Source: Basidiobolus meristosporus CBS 931.73
Lineage: Eukaryota; Fungi; Basidiobolomycota
DNA length: 64,000 bases
Direction of reading: 5' to 3'
NCBI GenBank assembly: GCA_002104905.1
Contig: MCFE01000088.1
Span: 1 to 64,000 of the forward strand
Positions 14,201 through 25,930 of this stretch are shown one piece after another (the stretch's first letter is position 1; each line of letters begins with the position of its first letter). A program made the translations under genes and the position numbers. The notes under the pieces are model-generated. The model searched no databases. It was not told the DNA's origin and worked only from the letters and a program-made list of their open reading frames with translations.

Positions 14201-15951
14201 TGTTTCCCATATATGCAGGCTTCACAGTGCTCCAAATTAGCTGGGGGATCAATTTTCACTCCAGAAATTAGCTGATCTTTGATCATTTTGCGCAAATAAT
14301 CAAAATTGATGTGTCCAAATCTCCTGTGCCAAAGCATTGGTGTTTCTTCATTTAAGTTACTTATATTGGCTTCCAAATATGATGGAATATAAGTCAACTT
14401 GTATAGATTCTGATCTCTGATGCCCGAAGCAATATGAGCACCATTTTGATCAGTGATCCTGCATCCAGAATTGTCAAAACTGAAACTGAGTCCTTCTGCT
14501 GTGGCCTTGCTTACAGAGAGTAGGTTCTTGGCTATTTCTGGTACATAGAGTACTTCTTTAAAGGTCAGTGTATGGCTTCCTTCACTGCTTCTAAGGTTTA
14601 CTTGGATAGTTCCTTCTCCCACTGCATCAAGTGTTCTATCGTCACCCATGAAAACCTTCTTAATTGGAATTTCTTGATATTGGGTAAAAAGTTCTTTTTG
14701 GTGTGTAAAGTGTTGAGAAGCTCCAGAGTCAATATACCACGTCTGAGAATCCTTGTTTGTGGTCATATTTAGTGCAGATATGAATAGTCTATCTTCAGTT
14801 GTTGCAGCATTTCCATATTCAGGCTTCTTTTGCTGATAATCTCTCTTTTTGAAACACCGGTCTGATGTGTGTCCTTTCCTTTTGCAGTAGTTGCAAAATA
14901 GGTTGTTGTTGCCTTTGTAGGGTCTTGGGTACCTCCTTTGTTGGTTATCATTGCTTATTAAAGCATTTTCTTCTTCCTTCTTATTGGCGCTTGATTTTCT
15001 TAATTCTTCATCCAGGAGCCTTCCATATACGTAATTTAAGGTCAAATCTTCAGTTCTGGACTCTAGGGCTGATACAAGGCCCTGAAACTCGTCTGTCAGG
15101 CTATTCAGGATGGTAACTATCACATCCTCATCAGTAGTTGGTACGCCCACAGATTCCATCTCATCTACCAGCAGGGTAATTCTGTTAATTAGATTTTTCA
15201 TTTCTTCTCCTGGCAGCATCTTTGTAGTAAAGAATTTTCTTCTCAGATACATTTTCTTGGCAGCTGAACATGACTGGTAGGTGTCTTCTAATGCCTTCCA
15301 GGCATTCTTTGCCGTTTTTGCTCTTGAGCATTGAATTAGCAATTTGTCCTTGACATTAAGGCAAATGCAGTTAAAGGCACTTTGTTCTTTCTTCTGGTAC
15401 TTTAAGGCTTCCTCTCCCACGTTTTTAGGAGGGCATTCTTCTCCCATGACAATATCCCAAAGGCCTCTTTCTTGCAGCAGCATCTTCATCTTCACCTTCC
15501 ACACTTGGTAGTTAGATCCATCCAACTTTTCAGCAGAGGGAAAAATTCCAGTAATAGCAGTAGTAGACATTGCAGAGAGTGACAGCTCGGGGCTCATAAC
15601 CTGTTGTAAGAGTCTTGGAGATATTGGAAGTGATTTGGAGAACAAGTAGATTATGTAGTTTTCACTTAATGATTTATTGAATGTAAAAGTAGTATTTATA
15701 CTTTTACATGGTCTTGGCATTACAAACACGTAGAATAGGTTAAGGAAGGTCCCAAGAACATGTGTGCAAAGTTTGGGGCTGTTTGGACAACTTTGAGAAT
15801 TTTCATGTTCTGGGTACTTGGTATTTTGGTGAAAATATTCTAAGTAAATCCCGACAAGGAATTTGGTCAGTATTCTCTAGGATTTGAAGGTGATGATCTA
15901 AGTGACTAAGTTAGGTGAATATTTAGGTGGAAAATACGAATTTTTACAACA
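11265..15951 (-). mobile_element. Full-length, apparently intact Ty1/Copia LTR retrotransposon
   Basis: LTRs 11265-11614 and 15602-15951 (350 bp, TGTTG...CAACA, no differences seen); TSD AAAAC; PBS GGTTATGAGCCC at 15601-15590; PPT GAGTGGGAG next to the 3' LTR. Confidence 0.97.
11626..15570 (-). CDS. Copia gag-pol polyprotein (gag, CCHC knuckle, PR, IN, RT, RNase H) in one frame
   Basis: CNYCKRKGHTSDRC; WYIDSGAS; HRRFGH...CEAC; HSDLCGP; RSDNGGEY; QNGVAER; RYKARLVAKG; LYVDD; YSDADW; HARTKHID. The start is probably the ATG at 15597 or 15570, not the LTR-internal ORF start. Confidence 0.95.
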   Translation of the reverse strand: MSTTAITGIFPSAEKLDGSNYQVWKVKMKMLLQERGLWDIVMGEECPPKNVGEEALKYQKKEQSAFNCICLNVKDKLLIQCSRAKTAKNAWKALEDTYQSCSAAKKMYLRRKFFTTKMLPGEEMKNLINRITLLVDEMESVGVPTTDEDVIVTILNSLTDEFQGLVSALESRTEDLTLNYVYGRLLDEELRKSSANKKEEENALISNDNQQRRYPRPYKGNNNLFCNYCKRKGHTSDRCFKKRDYQQKKPEYGNAATTEDRLFISALNMTTNKDSQTWYIDSGASQHFTHQKELFTQYQEIPIKKVFMGDDRTLDAVGEGTIQVNLRSSEGSHTLTFKEVLYVPEIAKNLLSVSKATAEGLSFSFDNSGCRITDQNGAHIASGIRDQNLYKLTYIPSYLEANISNLNEETPMLWHRRFGHINFDYLRKMIKDQLISGVKIDPPANLEHCEACIYGKQARQPFKSSGLIKTKKKLDLIHSDLCGPMQNLSLGGMKYLITFIDDYTRYTWVYFMERKEEALSKLREFKAMVERETGEKIKKIRSDNGGEYTSKLFIHFCKIHGIKQETTVPYSPQQNGVAERANRSIIDMARSMIHDQKLSYDFWAESVATAVYLKNRSYNRILRDSTPFEAWYGYRPSAEHLRIFGCTAYAKKLAGNQSKFEPKSVKCIFLGYCNESKAYRLYNTEAKKLIKSRDVLFDENSKFSQKMTSDDDENLISSPPIVRIESEQNNENFFTPEDSTTVVQPESVPRNIPEVIIPVSNARRSNRTRNSPNYYINEGTNLAYAYSVHVDEPQTVKEALNSPQTKFWRSAMTEEYQALMENQTWDLVKLPINRKSIGCRWVFKTKYKADGTIERYKARLVAKGYSQTKGLDYTETFAPVAKFNSIRLILAIAAKYKFFIHQMDVKTAFLNGELDEDVYMDQPDGFVDQDNPHLVCKLKKSLYGLKQSPRAWNCKIDSYLESLSFKRSNADYSIYYKPDRANPVLLALYVDDLIIAANNLETLEETKSSLSKEFKMSDLGELSYYLGIKFSIDRSTQTITLSQSKYIQDILKKYKMEDCKPAATPMETNLNLVKTQPNQESLVPSESPDFPYQSMVGSLMYIMLGTRPDISYSVGVVSQHNQNYGSDHIAAVKRIFRYLKGTADICLRYTYKDSEQDLVGYSDADWGRNLEDRRSTTGYTFLYCKGAISWNSRKQPTVALSTTEAEYMAACEATKEAMWLRKLFTDLGLCQKTPITLFQDNQGCIQLGRNPTFHARTKHIDIRHHFIREAIENNLVSLVYCPTDEMIADIFTKPLARDKFEYFRSKLGLVSMNI

Positions 15952-16012
15952 AAAACCACATAATCTACTTGTTCTCCCAATCACTTCCAATATCTCCAAG
16001 ACTCTTACAACA

Positions 16013-16963
16013 CTTAGATCATTACCCTCAAATACTAGAGAATACTGACCAAATTCCTTGTTGGATTTACTTAGAATATTTACCCAGAACATGAAAATTC
16101 TCAAAGTTGTCCAAACAAGTTTGGGGGCTTTTGGACAGCTTTGAGAAAGTTCATAATCTGGGTACATGATAGCTTGGTGAAAATATTCTAAGTAAAGCCC
16201 AACAAGAAATTTGGTCAGGCCAGAATGCTAATCAAAGAACAAGATATATGTGACTAAGTTAGCATGAATATTTAGGTGACAACTTAATAACTACAACACA
16301 ATTTTGTTTATAGCCAATGGTATGATAAATATGTCTGCAATCACTTTGTCTGTGGGACAGTAAGCTAAGTTAACTAAGTTACTCTCTATAGCTTCACCTA
16401 TGAAATGATGCCTAATATCTATGTGCTTAGTGATGGCATCAAAAGCTGAATTTCTACCTAGGTGTATATATCCTTGATTGTCTTGAAATAAAGTAATAGG
16501 CGTTTTTTGATATAAGCATAAGTCTTCAAAATGCTTTCTAACCACATTACTTCCTTTTTAGCTTCACAGGCTGCCATATGCTCTGCCTCTGTGTTGGAGA
16601 GTGCTACAGTTAGCTGCTTTCTTGAATTCCATGTAGGTGAATATTTGGGTAGAATTGCTAATTCTCACAACAGTTTTCAGTTGGCAATTTGTTGAATGTA
16701 AAAGTGGTGTTTATCCCTTACTTGGTAATGAGAAAACTAACAGAAACAAAATGCTTAAAAGATCACAAGTGTATGTTTGCAAGGTTTGGAGGCCTTTGAA
16801 TAGGTTTTTAAATTCACATGCTATAGGTACTTGACACTTTGGTGAAAATAATCTAAGTAAATCCCAACAAAGAATTTGGGCAAGATATAGTAGGCTTCAT
16901 AGGCTAAGTTCTAAGTAACTAAGTTTATGGAATATTTAGGTGCAAGCACAAAATTCACAACAA
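16013..16963. mobile_element. Copia debris: head-to-head LTR halves, RNase H remnant (~16295-16635) and a degenerate LTR
   Basis: ORF 16291-16545 (KHIDIRHHFIGEAIESNLV) matches the pol C-terminus; flanking sequence matches the LTR. Confidence 0.75.
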
Positions 16964-17199
16964 TGTCAAGGCAGACTTTTAGTTCTCCCATTCACTTCCA
17001 ATGCTGTCCATATTGTTGATGTGATGAGGTGGGCTTGTTGTTTATCAACAACATTTATGACTGCTTATTAGACCCATGTAAACAATCATGCACATATCAT
17101 TAATTTGCTAGAAATCGATATTATGGTATATGAGAGTACTCTAAGCATTCCACAACACATTCTTACTCAAAGAACAAATAAAATAATCACTCTTCCAAG

Positions 17200-17990
17200 G
17201 CCACCTACCTGGGTTCATTACTGTTGTGCGCGCATTGCCTTTTGCTACGTAGCCCATTTCTGCAGTAACTGGTTGCCAATGAGGCTCACGCATGCCCTTA
17301 TTGGTGATCCTCAGTGAACATTGAGATATCATCCAAGATGGGCCAGAATTGTTGACGTGCGGTTTTGGCTGATCCTGCAAGGGATGAGACTGATGCTGAC
17401 ATAGCTTCCGCATCAAATTTATGTTGATCGCCCCATTTTTCTTCAGTTGTGGACGGTGCTGTCGACTGTAATCGGCCAATATGCGTATCCTTGGTGGGTC
17501 GGGTAAGCGCTTTGAATGCCATCGTGGGCAAATCATAAGTGTTACCGAGGACAGCATCTGATATAGCACCGAAAGCGCCAGATATACCAGAGTCTTCGGG
17601 TCTCTCGTGAGTCAGAGCGATTATAAATTCAGCTTCTCCCTCCCCGGTAATCTCTATATGATGCAAGGCCCCAGAGGGTGCATAGAATATTTGGCCACAA
17701 CTTACTGTGAATGTACTGAACACACTGTCGTTCTCAAACATGGGTACTTCAACTTCACCTCGTTAGCAATAAGCGAGTTCATTTCTATTCACATGCCAGT
17801 GAGGTTCCCGCATACCACCATGCTTAAGAATTACACGATGCACAGACAATCTTTCGAGTATCGGAAAATTATCGACTGTTAACGAAGTAATACTGCCTGC
17901 CTCCGAGATGAATGTGGGCTTTTGGTCAATTAGGGAAATGATAAGTGTACGTACAGCAAGATCGTTGACAAAGAGAGGAACAAACCTTCA
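17200..17990 (-). pseudogene. Oxalate-decarboxylase-like bicupin pseudogene
   Basis: Reading across frames gives GSITSLTVDNFPILERLSVHRVILKHGGMREPHWHVNRNELAYC*RGEVEV...GALHHIE...HKFDAEAM...FWPILDDISM/SLRITNKGMREPHWQPVTAEMGYV; in-frame TAA at 17765-17763, frameshift near 17320, similarity lost after MNPG. Confidence 0.8.
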
Positions 17991-19962
17991 TCGGAATCAA
18001 TCAAATTGAATACTGTCTTTCCGTTTAGACTTCACTTGACTTTTATAGTGATGGGGGAACGGCCCTTGGGCTGGACTGTAGCGTAGCATATGATCGTCCG
18101 CAGGTTGCGGGGAAAAAGGACATGGTGATCTTGTGATGCTGTATTTGCTCACTAATTTAGCAGTTTTGACCATATGCCATGTTATATATTTCTAGAAAAT
18201 AGCGGGGGTTGTGAGAAATCGATTTGATTCAGCCAATTATTATCGATTACCTCATATGGCCATACCTATTATGAGAGCAAATCTTTTACCAGCCCGCTTT
18301 TCGGCGAAAATTGGCCAGTATTATTTATCTAGCGCTGGGATGGATATTAAGAAATAGTTATGCCACGTTGAGAAACTGCCAAACAGAGCAGAGAGTTTTG
18401 AAAACTAAATGTTAATTGATGGAGATAAACGTATCACTTTATGTCAGGATGCAGTTTGTTACTGTTTCCCAGTAATATCAACCCATGGTTGGGTACAGAG
18501 GGTAATTTCCATATTTCCACAACCCTCGAATTAACCACGTTCAAAGCTCCAGCAACTAAATCCTGTGATATCGAGTTTTCAGCTAGTTACCCTGGAAAGG
18601 ATTATCGTCATATGGGTGTGATGCGTATCTCCACGAAACGAATAAAATGCTCACAACAACGGCGTACCAACGGAGCAATAAGAAAGATTCCGGAGTTGCT
18701 TCAAATGTGAGATACCTTACTTGGCCATTCTGCAAAGTCTACTCTTCACCAGTTAGGAACTGCGGATTAAGAGCTTTTGAGTGGTTGAGACCGGTTAAAA
18801 CTAGTGTTATGGGGATCGTTGACATTGGCTGTACCAGAAATGGCAAAAAAGCCTGATTCAATGCAATCAAATGTTTTTACCGAGAATTTTCGAAAAGAAT
18901 TCGAGCTACAGACAACCCCCAACTAATCTAGAAACCATTCATTTGGATGGTGCGTGTTGCAGTAGAGATTTGTTGCCAGGTACGCTGAATAAATCGGAAA
19001 TTGCCATGTAGATGAATGTATACATGTGTAATTTCCAAGTGAACCGTAGAATCTAATTAAATACAGTCGACTAGATAGATATAGGCGGAGTGAGAAACAT
19101 ATGTTATTTGGCTTTGGAATTATCGCCAGCGCTTACTCTGACGATGATTAGTACCTGACCTTGGTCCAGTTACTTGATACTCGAGGGATTTCATTGGAGT
19201 TGCTACTACTAATATTGGTGGAAGGTCTTTGAATGAGACACCGATGATTTATTGGGATCTAGAATGCAGGATTAGCACAATATTGTCCGCCACATTAGGA
19301 CTATCTTTTACTGCAAGAACCATATTGACGTATGTTGCCCTTTGCTCCGAGACCCCCATAGGTTGCTGGGTTACTTCCCTAGCTTGCATCAAAGGGCAGT
19401 CCAGCTCTGTCATCTAAAAATAGAAGTCAATAGAACGCAGGGTGCACTCCTTATTTATGGAAAGCAACCAATCAACCGCATCGAAAGTGTGGGCCAATTT
19501 CCACTTCATCCGATACATTGATGAACACAAATACTCGTTTATTGGATAGTCACTCGCGTATGACGTCAAAATGATATCATACTCGCTGAACTAAAAGAGT
19601 AATCCAGTATTCGTATCACTCTGGAGTGCTTATTCTTATCCACGTGGTTTCCCTCAAGCCAGCTTCATCTCTTTTCTGAAGCAATTCTCCTTAACTTTCC
19701 TAGCCAGGTTTGTTTGCAAAAAGTACTTGAGAACGAGCTTTTCCACCTATTTCCTTGGATTACAATTACATGCCCTTGATTTTACCTGCTAGTCTCTTCC
19801 CATCCCTTGTTTCCGGTTTCTACTTTTTATACCATAGTTTACCTTAACACGTATTTACATACCGCTGACTGACTGACTTACTTCCTTAGAGTGTTCTTTA
19901 TCTTGTTTAATATTTACTAATTCTTTTCCCACAACCTTCTTCCCTACCCCCATCAAATTGCT

Positions 19963-22900
19963 ATGTCCACCGCGTTTATGAGATATCTCGGCGACGCCCT
20001 ATTGGCCTCCAGCTCGATCGATCCTAGAGAACACTATTTTTCTTCCACGTATAGCCTCTCAGAAGAGGAAAAGCGCATCGAGGTAGCATTGCAGCAAGTG
20101 CTACGTCGACAGCATTTCCTGGAGCAGGAGCTCAAGAAATGTCAATACCATCATAACGAAAACTGTGTAGATGAGCAACCATACGTTGACACCACAAACC
20201 ATAGCTGTGGTATTGAGCAATATCAATACACCACCGTTCCACCAAAGGAGGTGAATATGGAACTTGAGATACCAGGCTCATTACAGTTATATATATCCCA
20301 CCCGGTTCCCTCTTTTCCCAGCCATACATCCTCACAACTCTCGGAAAAATCCCTATCTACATGTACATCTGCTTCAGGGGAAGAGTACGAGAGCGATGCC
20401 GACACACACCTTCCTAGAAAAAATCTGGCCGAGTCCTATCTGGATGATTGTACTAATGTCATATTAGCGATCTCCAACGGCGATCTATCCAAGAGAGTGA
20501 CATCAACCGCCGACGGTGGGTCTGCCCTGATTTTGAAGAATGCGATAAACACCATGGCAGACCGTTTGACAGCATTTACTGACGAGATGATGATCATTGG
20601 AAAGGAAAGCCCTCACCAGAGCCCAGCCCAACCATGGGATGGAGCATGGAAAGAAGCCATACAACATGTCGATCAAGTCGTCGCCAGACATTCCAAAGAG
20701 ATGCAGGATATCATCGGGGTGTGCCAAGCAGTCTCCCACGGGGACCTATCCAAGAAGGTCACGGTGGATGTCGAAGGGGAGACCTTGGTACTGAAAGAGC
20801 TGATCAACACCATGGTGGACCAATTGGGCTGCTTTTTCTCCGAGGTGATTCGAGTCACTCATGAAGTAGGAACACAAGGCAGACTTAGTAAGCGTGCTGA
20901 AGTGTTTGGCACCCATGGTTCCTGGAAATACCTAACCGACAACATCAACCTGATGGCCTCGAACCTATCGAACCAAGTCCGAGACATCACAAACGTGAGT
21001 AAAGCGATAGCACAGGGAGACTTCTCGAAGCAAATCACGGTGGAGGTTGATGGAGAGCTGTTGGATTTGAAGCTGGTCATCAATGCCATGGTGGTTAAAC
21101 TCGGGGCGTTCGTCTCGGAGGTGACAAGGGTCGGCTACGAGGTTGGCACTGAGGGGAAGTTGGGAGGCCAAGTGGTTGTGGAGGATATCGGCGGTGCGTG
21201 GAAAGAGATGGCGGACAACGTGAATTTGATGGTGTCTAACCTTACCGCGCAGGCCAGAGATGTGGCCCTGGTGAGCAAAGCCATTGCCGTAGGCGATTTA
21301 TCCAAGAAGATCACCGTCAATGTCGGAGGAGAGATCAACGAACTCAAAACCACCATCAACACGATGGTGGACAAACTACGAACATTCGTATCCGAGGTGA
21401 CCAGGGTTACCCACGAGGTTGGAACTGAGTGGAAACTGGGCGGCCAAGCCATTGCGATAGATGTTGCCGGAACATGGAAGGAGCTGACGGAGAGCCTCAA
21501 TATGATGGCATACAACGTTACCAACCAGGTTCGAGACATTGTCACTGTGAGCAAAGCGTTTGCCACCGGGGATCTCTCCAAGAAGGTCTCGGTGAACGTG
21601 CAAGGGGAAATACTGGATCTTAAACTGACGATCAACACCATTGTGGATCAACTTCGGACCCTCAACGAAGAAGTTTACCGAGTTGCCACGGAGATCGGCA
21701 TCGAAGGGAAACTCGGCGGACAGGCTGTCGTTCAAAACGCAGGCGGCACCTGGAAAAACCTAACCGATAGCATCAATATGATGACCTTGAACCTGACCGA
21801 TCAGATCCGGGACATTGCCTACGTCAACCGAGCGATCACCGCCGGTGACCTCTCAAAGAAGGTGACGATTGACGTGAAGGGGGAGATGTTGGATTTGAAA
21901 AGTAGCATCAACACGATGGTAGATCAGTTGCACTCGTTTAAAACGGAGGTGACCAGAATGTCGCTCGAGATGGGCACCCAAGGCAAACTTGGGGGCCAGA
22001 TAGCGATGAAGGACGTCTCTGGCGTCTGGGAGGAGCTGACCCTGAGTGTCAACGATCTGTCCACAAACCTTGCGAAGCAGATGCGTTCGATCACCGCAGT
22101 GACGAATGCCGTTGCCAGCGGGGACCTCTCGAAAAAGATCACCCTCGAGGTGAAGGGGGAGGTGAACGAGCTCAAGACAACCGTCAACTCACTGGTAGAC
22201 CAACTCCACAATGTTGTCTCCGAAGTGAAACGAGTTACCTACGAGATTGGCGTGGAAGGTAAGCTGGGTGGGCAAGCTACTGTGCACGGCGTTGAAGGCA
22301 CGTGGAAAGAGTTGACTGACAGTGTGAATGCTATGGCTGGTAACATGACTAGTCAAGTTCGGGACATCGCCAACGTCACCAAAGCGGCGACACGCGGTGA
22401 CTATTCCCTGACAACCACCACCAACGTGAGAGGAGAGATCTTGGGGTTGAAAGACACCATCAACGATATGGTCCATCAATTGAACACCTTCTATGTGGAG
22501 CTCAACCGTATCTCGGCAGAAGCAGAGTCACTTAGCAGACCTGATGAGCAAGAGCCGACTGAAGATAGCATCAAAGATGGGGCGGCCACTGAAGGCGAGG
22601 GTGGCAAAGAAGAAACCGATGCAGAGATCCACAAACTTATTGTCAACAGTTTATTTAACAACGTCCGAGAGACTATCCGGAGGAGTCACGCGGCGAGGGA
22701 AACGGCGGAACTGGCCAATCGATCAAAGAGCGACTTCCTGGCCACCATGTCTCATGAGATTCGAACCCCTATGAATGGCATCATCGGGATGACACAGCTT
22801 GCGCTAGACGCCGATCTAACCGGCCAACAGAGAGAGAATCTGACGATTGTCAGTCAGCTGGCAGGCACGTTGCTCTGTCTTATCAACGACATCTTGGATA

Positions 22901-24216
22901 TCTCCAAGATTGAGGCTGGCAAACTGTTGATTGAGCAGACCCAGTTCTCGTTAAGAAAGGAGGTTTTCGGCGTGATGAGATCCTTGAACACCAAGGCAAA
23001 TCAGAAGAAGATCGACCTCGTGTATGATATCGGCGAGGAAATCCCGGACCTGCTGGTTGGCGACCCGCTGAGGATTTGTCAAATCATCACCAACTTGGTC
23101 GGCAATGCGATCAAGTTTACCGCCAAGGGCCATGTGACTCTGCGGGTCTCGATCAATAAGAGAACCGCGTGTAAAGTAGGGTTGACGTTCTGCGTGAGCG
23201 ATAGCGGGATTGGGATTCCAAACGACAAGCTCCACCTGATATTCGATTCGTTCTCGCAGGCCGACATGTCCACCACTCGAAAATTCGGTGGCACCGGACT
23301 CGGATTATCCATCTCCAAGCAGCTTACTCAACTGATGGGCGGTGACTTGTGGGTGAAGAGTGTGTACGGCAAAGGCAGCGAGTTTTACTTTACTGTGGAA
23401 TGCCCAGTAGGTAGGATGACATTGGTACAAATGGAACAGCGCATGCATGCTTTCAACAACAAGAAAGTTTTGCTATTGAGAACTCAGGGTCACCCTGAAG
23501 GTCTGGATACATTTGATATGTTACAGCAGCTCCAGCTGAAGCCGGTAGAAATCTCCATCCAGAAAGCCCAGAATACAGTTCGTCCACCTGGCTCGACCTG
23601 CCGTTTGTTCGATGCGGTGATGGTGGACGACTTTGCTACCGTGAGGAAAATCCGCCAGAACCCGAATCTCCAGAATATCCCGGTGATTCTGCTCTCGGGC
23701 GGGAGGAGCACCCCATTAATAATGAAGGACTGCATCGACTTACAAATCATCTCATGCATGAGAGCACCGGCCAACCTTCTGGAGCTGGCCAACGCGCTCG
23801 TACCTGCCCTTGAATCTAATATGATGGTGTCTCAGGGAGCTTGCGCCCGGAAGATGAAGATTCTGCTCGCGGAGGATAACAAAGTGAACCAGAAACTAGC
23901 AGTCAAGATTCTGGAGAAGCACAAGCATGCGGTCACCACGGTATCGGATGGGCTTCAGGCGGTTGAGGCAGTTGGCAAGGGCGATTTCGACCTAATCCTG
24001 ATGGACGTGCAGATGCCGATCATGGGTGGACTTGAAGCTACTGCACGCATCCGCGAACTGGAGAAGGATACCGGCAGACACATCCCAATCGTCGCTCTGA
24101 CTGCGCACGCCATGGTGGGGGATCGAGAGAAGTGCTTATCTGCTGGAATGGATGAATATTTAACCAAACCACTGAGGACTACTGAGCTGGTTGGCATGAT
24201 CAACCGATTTTCATAG
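19963..24216 (+). CDS. Group III hybrid histidine kinase (Nik1/Os-1 type), intronless
   Basis: About six ~92-aa double-HAMP repeats (GDLSKK...GKLGGQA...WKELTD); H-box [11 protein letters not shown]; [10 protein letters not shown]; DSGIGI; GGTGLGLSI; degenerate receiver followed by a canonical receiver (AEDN, MDVQMP, KP). Confidence 0.93.
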   Translation: MSTAFMRYLGDALLASSSIDPREHYFSSTYSLSEEEKRIEVALQQVLRRQHFLEQELKKCQYHHNENCVDEQPYVDTTNHSCGIEQYQYTTVPPKEVNMELEIPGSLQLYISHPVPSFPSHTSSQLSEKSLSTCTSASGEEYESDADTHLPRKNLAESYLDDCTNVILAISNGDLSKRVTSTADGGSALILKNAINTMADRLTAFTDEMMIIGKESPHQSPAQPWDGAWKEAIQHVDQVVARHSKEMQDIIGVCQAVSHGDLSKKVTVDVEGETLVLKELINTMVDQLGCFFSEVIRVTHEVGTQGRLSKRAEVFGTHGSWKYLTDNINLMASNLSNQVRDITNVSKAIAQGDFSKQITVEVDGELLDLKLVINAMVVKLGAFVSEVTRVGYEVGTEGKLGGQVVVEDIGGAWKEMADNVNLMVSNLTAQARDVALVSKAIAVGDLSKKITVNVGGEINELKTTINTMVDKLRTFVSEVTRVTHEVGTEWKLGGQAIAIDVAGTWKELTESLNMMAYNVTNQVRDIVTVSKAFATGDLSKKVSVNVQGEILDLKLTINTIVDQLRTLNEEVYRVATEIGIEGKLGGQAVVQNAGGTWKNLTDSINMMTLNLTDQIRDIAYVNRAITAGDLSKKVTIDVKGEMLDLKSSINTMVDQLHSFKTEVTRMSLEMGTQGKLGGQIAMKDVSGVWEELTLSVNDLSTNLAKQMRSITAVTNAVASGDLSKKITLEVKGEVNELKTTVNSLVDQLHNVVSEVKRVTYEIGVEGKLGGQATVHGVEGTWKELTDSVNAMAGNMTSQVRDIANVTKAATRGDYSLTTTTNVRGEILGLKDTINDMVHQLNTFYVELNRISAEAESLSRPDEQEPTEDSIKDGAATEGEGGKEETDAEIHKLIVNSLFNNVRETIRRSHAARETAELANRSKSDFLATMSHEIRTPMNGIIGMTQLALDADLTGQQRENLTIVSQLAGTLLCLINDILDISKIEAGKLLIEQTQFSLRKEVFGVMRSLNTKANQKKIDLVYDIGEEIPDLLVGDPLRICQIITNLVGNAIKFTAKGHVTLRVSINKRTACKVGLTFCVSDSGIGIPNDKLHLIFDSFSQADMSTTRKFGGTGLGLSISKQLTQLMGGDLWVKSVYGKGSEFYFTVECPVGRMTLVQMEQRMHAFNNKKVLLLRTQGHPEGLDTFDMLQQLQLKPVEISIQKAQNTVRPPGSTCRLFDAVMVDDFATVRKIRQNPNLQNIPVILLSGGRSTPLIMKDCIDLQIISCMRAPANLLELANALVPALESNMMVSQGACARKMKILLAEDNKVNQKLAVKILEKHKHAVTTVSDGLQAVEAVGKGDFDLILMDVQMPIMGGLEATARIRELEKDTGRHIPIVALTAHAMVGDREKCLSAGMDEYLTKPLRTTELVGMINRFS

Positions 24217-24637
24217 ATGATTTTCCCATTGCCTCTTTGTATATTGTTAATTTGAATAAACGCCCTATTGCCTGTTTGTATATTGTTAATCCGAATAAAC
24301 ACCCCACTGCCAAGTTGGTTTAAAAACGCGATTGGTGGGCAGAATGGAATAAAATGCTGCTTCGATCACTCGTAGATTAATCGATCGCTTTCTGTTGATT
24401 GATCCCATCGGTCTATTTGGTTCTGGAATCGTGCCCGGAATTCTGAGATCGAGAGTGGTAAAAGACTATTTCCATATAAATCAGAGTGAAGGAAAGCAAG
24501 TGGTTGGTGTATAAGTGGTGAATCTTATGAAAACTGGTGGTTTGTATATAAGTGGCGAATCTTATTTCTGCGCTTGTACTACTTCCCCCCCTCTCCTCAC
24601 TTTGTGTGTTCTATAGAGCCAAGTCTGTTACTTCGTG

Positions 24638-25930
24638 ATGGTAAGGATTGACATGTACGTAGACCATCTAAGGCTGAATAGTCCCCTCAGTCAACTAGTG
24701 TTGGTGGGGATCATTTGCTGCGTGATGATTGGTGCGTACAACTCAAGCTATGGAATCGGAACTTTGGGCAACCTTGACCGGAGAGGTACTACCACAGTAA
24801 ACACCGTCTTCTATGTCACATGTTCATTGGCATCTATCATCTCTGGCAGTCTAAACAATATGCTAGGCCCCAAACTGATCTTTCTGATCGGTTGCGGCAC
24901 CTACATTATATACTTTTTGATGATATGGTTCTCTTCTAACGCCCACGATACCTTGACCATCGTTGGGGCCACCTTTGCTGGCTTCGGCTGTGCTATTATC
25001 TGGACTGCCCAGGGAGTCATCATGATGGCTTATCCAATGGAGAATCAAAAAGGCAGATACTTTGGCATCTTCTGGGCAATCTTCAACATCGGCGCCTTCG
25101 TTGGAGGGCTGCTAACTCTTTGCGGAGTAACATCAAATGTTGCCAGTGTATCATTCGCCGTCTTGACGGGGATTAGTTCGCTGATCTCCCTCCTTCTGGT
25201 CAACCCGGCCACTGTGGTGAGAAACGACGGGTCCAGGGTAACAACAAAGACACAGTTCCAGGTTCACCATGAGCTACGACAACTTCCAAAAACCTTCATG
25301 CACAAAAAGCTACTCCTCCTGTGCCCGCTTTTCTTCTACTCGAACTGGTTCTACAGCTATCGGTTCGGAAGCTTCAATAGCGAGTTATTCACTACGCGCA
25401 CCCGGGCCTTCAACTCTATTTTCTACTGGGCTTCACAAATCCTAGGCTCATTGACATTTGGCCAGTTCCTCGATAATCCCCTGTTCACGCGCCCGAAACG
25501 AGCCGTGTTGGGGCTGTATTTCTTGACGTTCTTCTACGCTGCCACATGGCTTGGTTGCATTTTCATGGAACGCTCGCGCAACGAGATCAAAGCTCATCAG
25601 GGGATGGACATCACGGAGAACCACTACACCGGGCCACTTGTATTGCTTCTACTCTGTGGTATATCAGACTCCATGATTCAGACCTGGTGTTATTGGATGC
25701 TTGGCGCGATTACAAATAACGCCATGATTCTTTCTAGATTTTCCGGCTTTTACAAGTGCATACAAGCAGCCGGCACAGCCATAGCGTGGTCTATTGCGCT
25801 AGAGCTCCAACCCCTAGACCTTGTATTGATCAATTGTGCCATCTTCTTCACCGGTGTACCATTTGCTTACTTCGCGGCCAGAGACATCACCAAAGCAAAC
25901 CACTTTCCTGTCCATACCGATGACTCCTAG
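24638..25930 (+). CDS. UNC-93-like MFS transporter
   Basis: ~430-aa hydrophobic ORF with LNSPLSQLVLVG, IIWTAQGVIMMAYP, KGRYFGIFWAIFNIG, GFYKCIQAAG; exact start uncertain (24638 or 24653). Confidence 0.8.
   Translation: MVRIDMYVDHLRLNSPLSQLVLVGIICCVMIGAYNSSYGIGTLGNLDRRGTTTVNTVFYVTCSLASIISGSLNNMLGPKLIFLIGCGTYIIYFLMIWFSSNAHDTLTIVGATFAGFGCAIIWTAQGVIMMAYPMENQKGRYFGIFWAIFNIGAFVGGLLTLCGVTSNVASVSFAVLTGISSLISLLLVNPATVVRNDGSRVTTKTQFQVHHELRQLPKTFMHKKLLLLCPLFFYSNWFYSYRFGSFNSELFTTRTRAFNSIFYWASQILGSLTFGQFLDNPLFTRPKRAVLGLYFLTFFYAATWLGCIFMERSRNEIKAHQGMDITENHYTGPLVLLLLCGISDSMIQTWCYWMLGAITNNAMILSRFSGFYKCIQAAGTAIAWSIALELQPLDLVLINCAIFFTGVPFAYFAARDITKANHFPVHTDDS

Larger units (their letters stand above)
10971..16012 (+). 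repeat. Copia LTR (opposite orientation) split by the intact element: 10971-11264 plus 15952-16012
   Basis: Removing 11265-15951 and one AAAAC restores a continuous LTR (cattaagtgaaaac|cacataatctacttg...cttacaaca). Confidence 0.85.

Noticed and set aside
15571-15729. N-terminal extension of the Copia ORF (MFVMPRPCK...), also at 45052-45210, and similar small ORFs at 11189, 40543, 46705 and 62240
   Set aside because: These lie inside the LTR upstream of the PBS and recur only because the LTR is repeated
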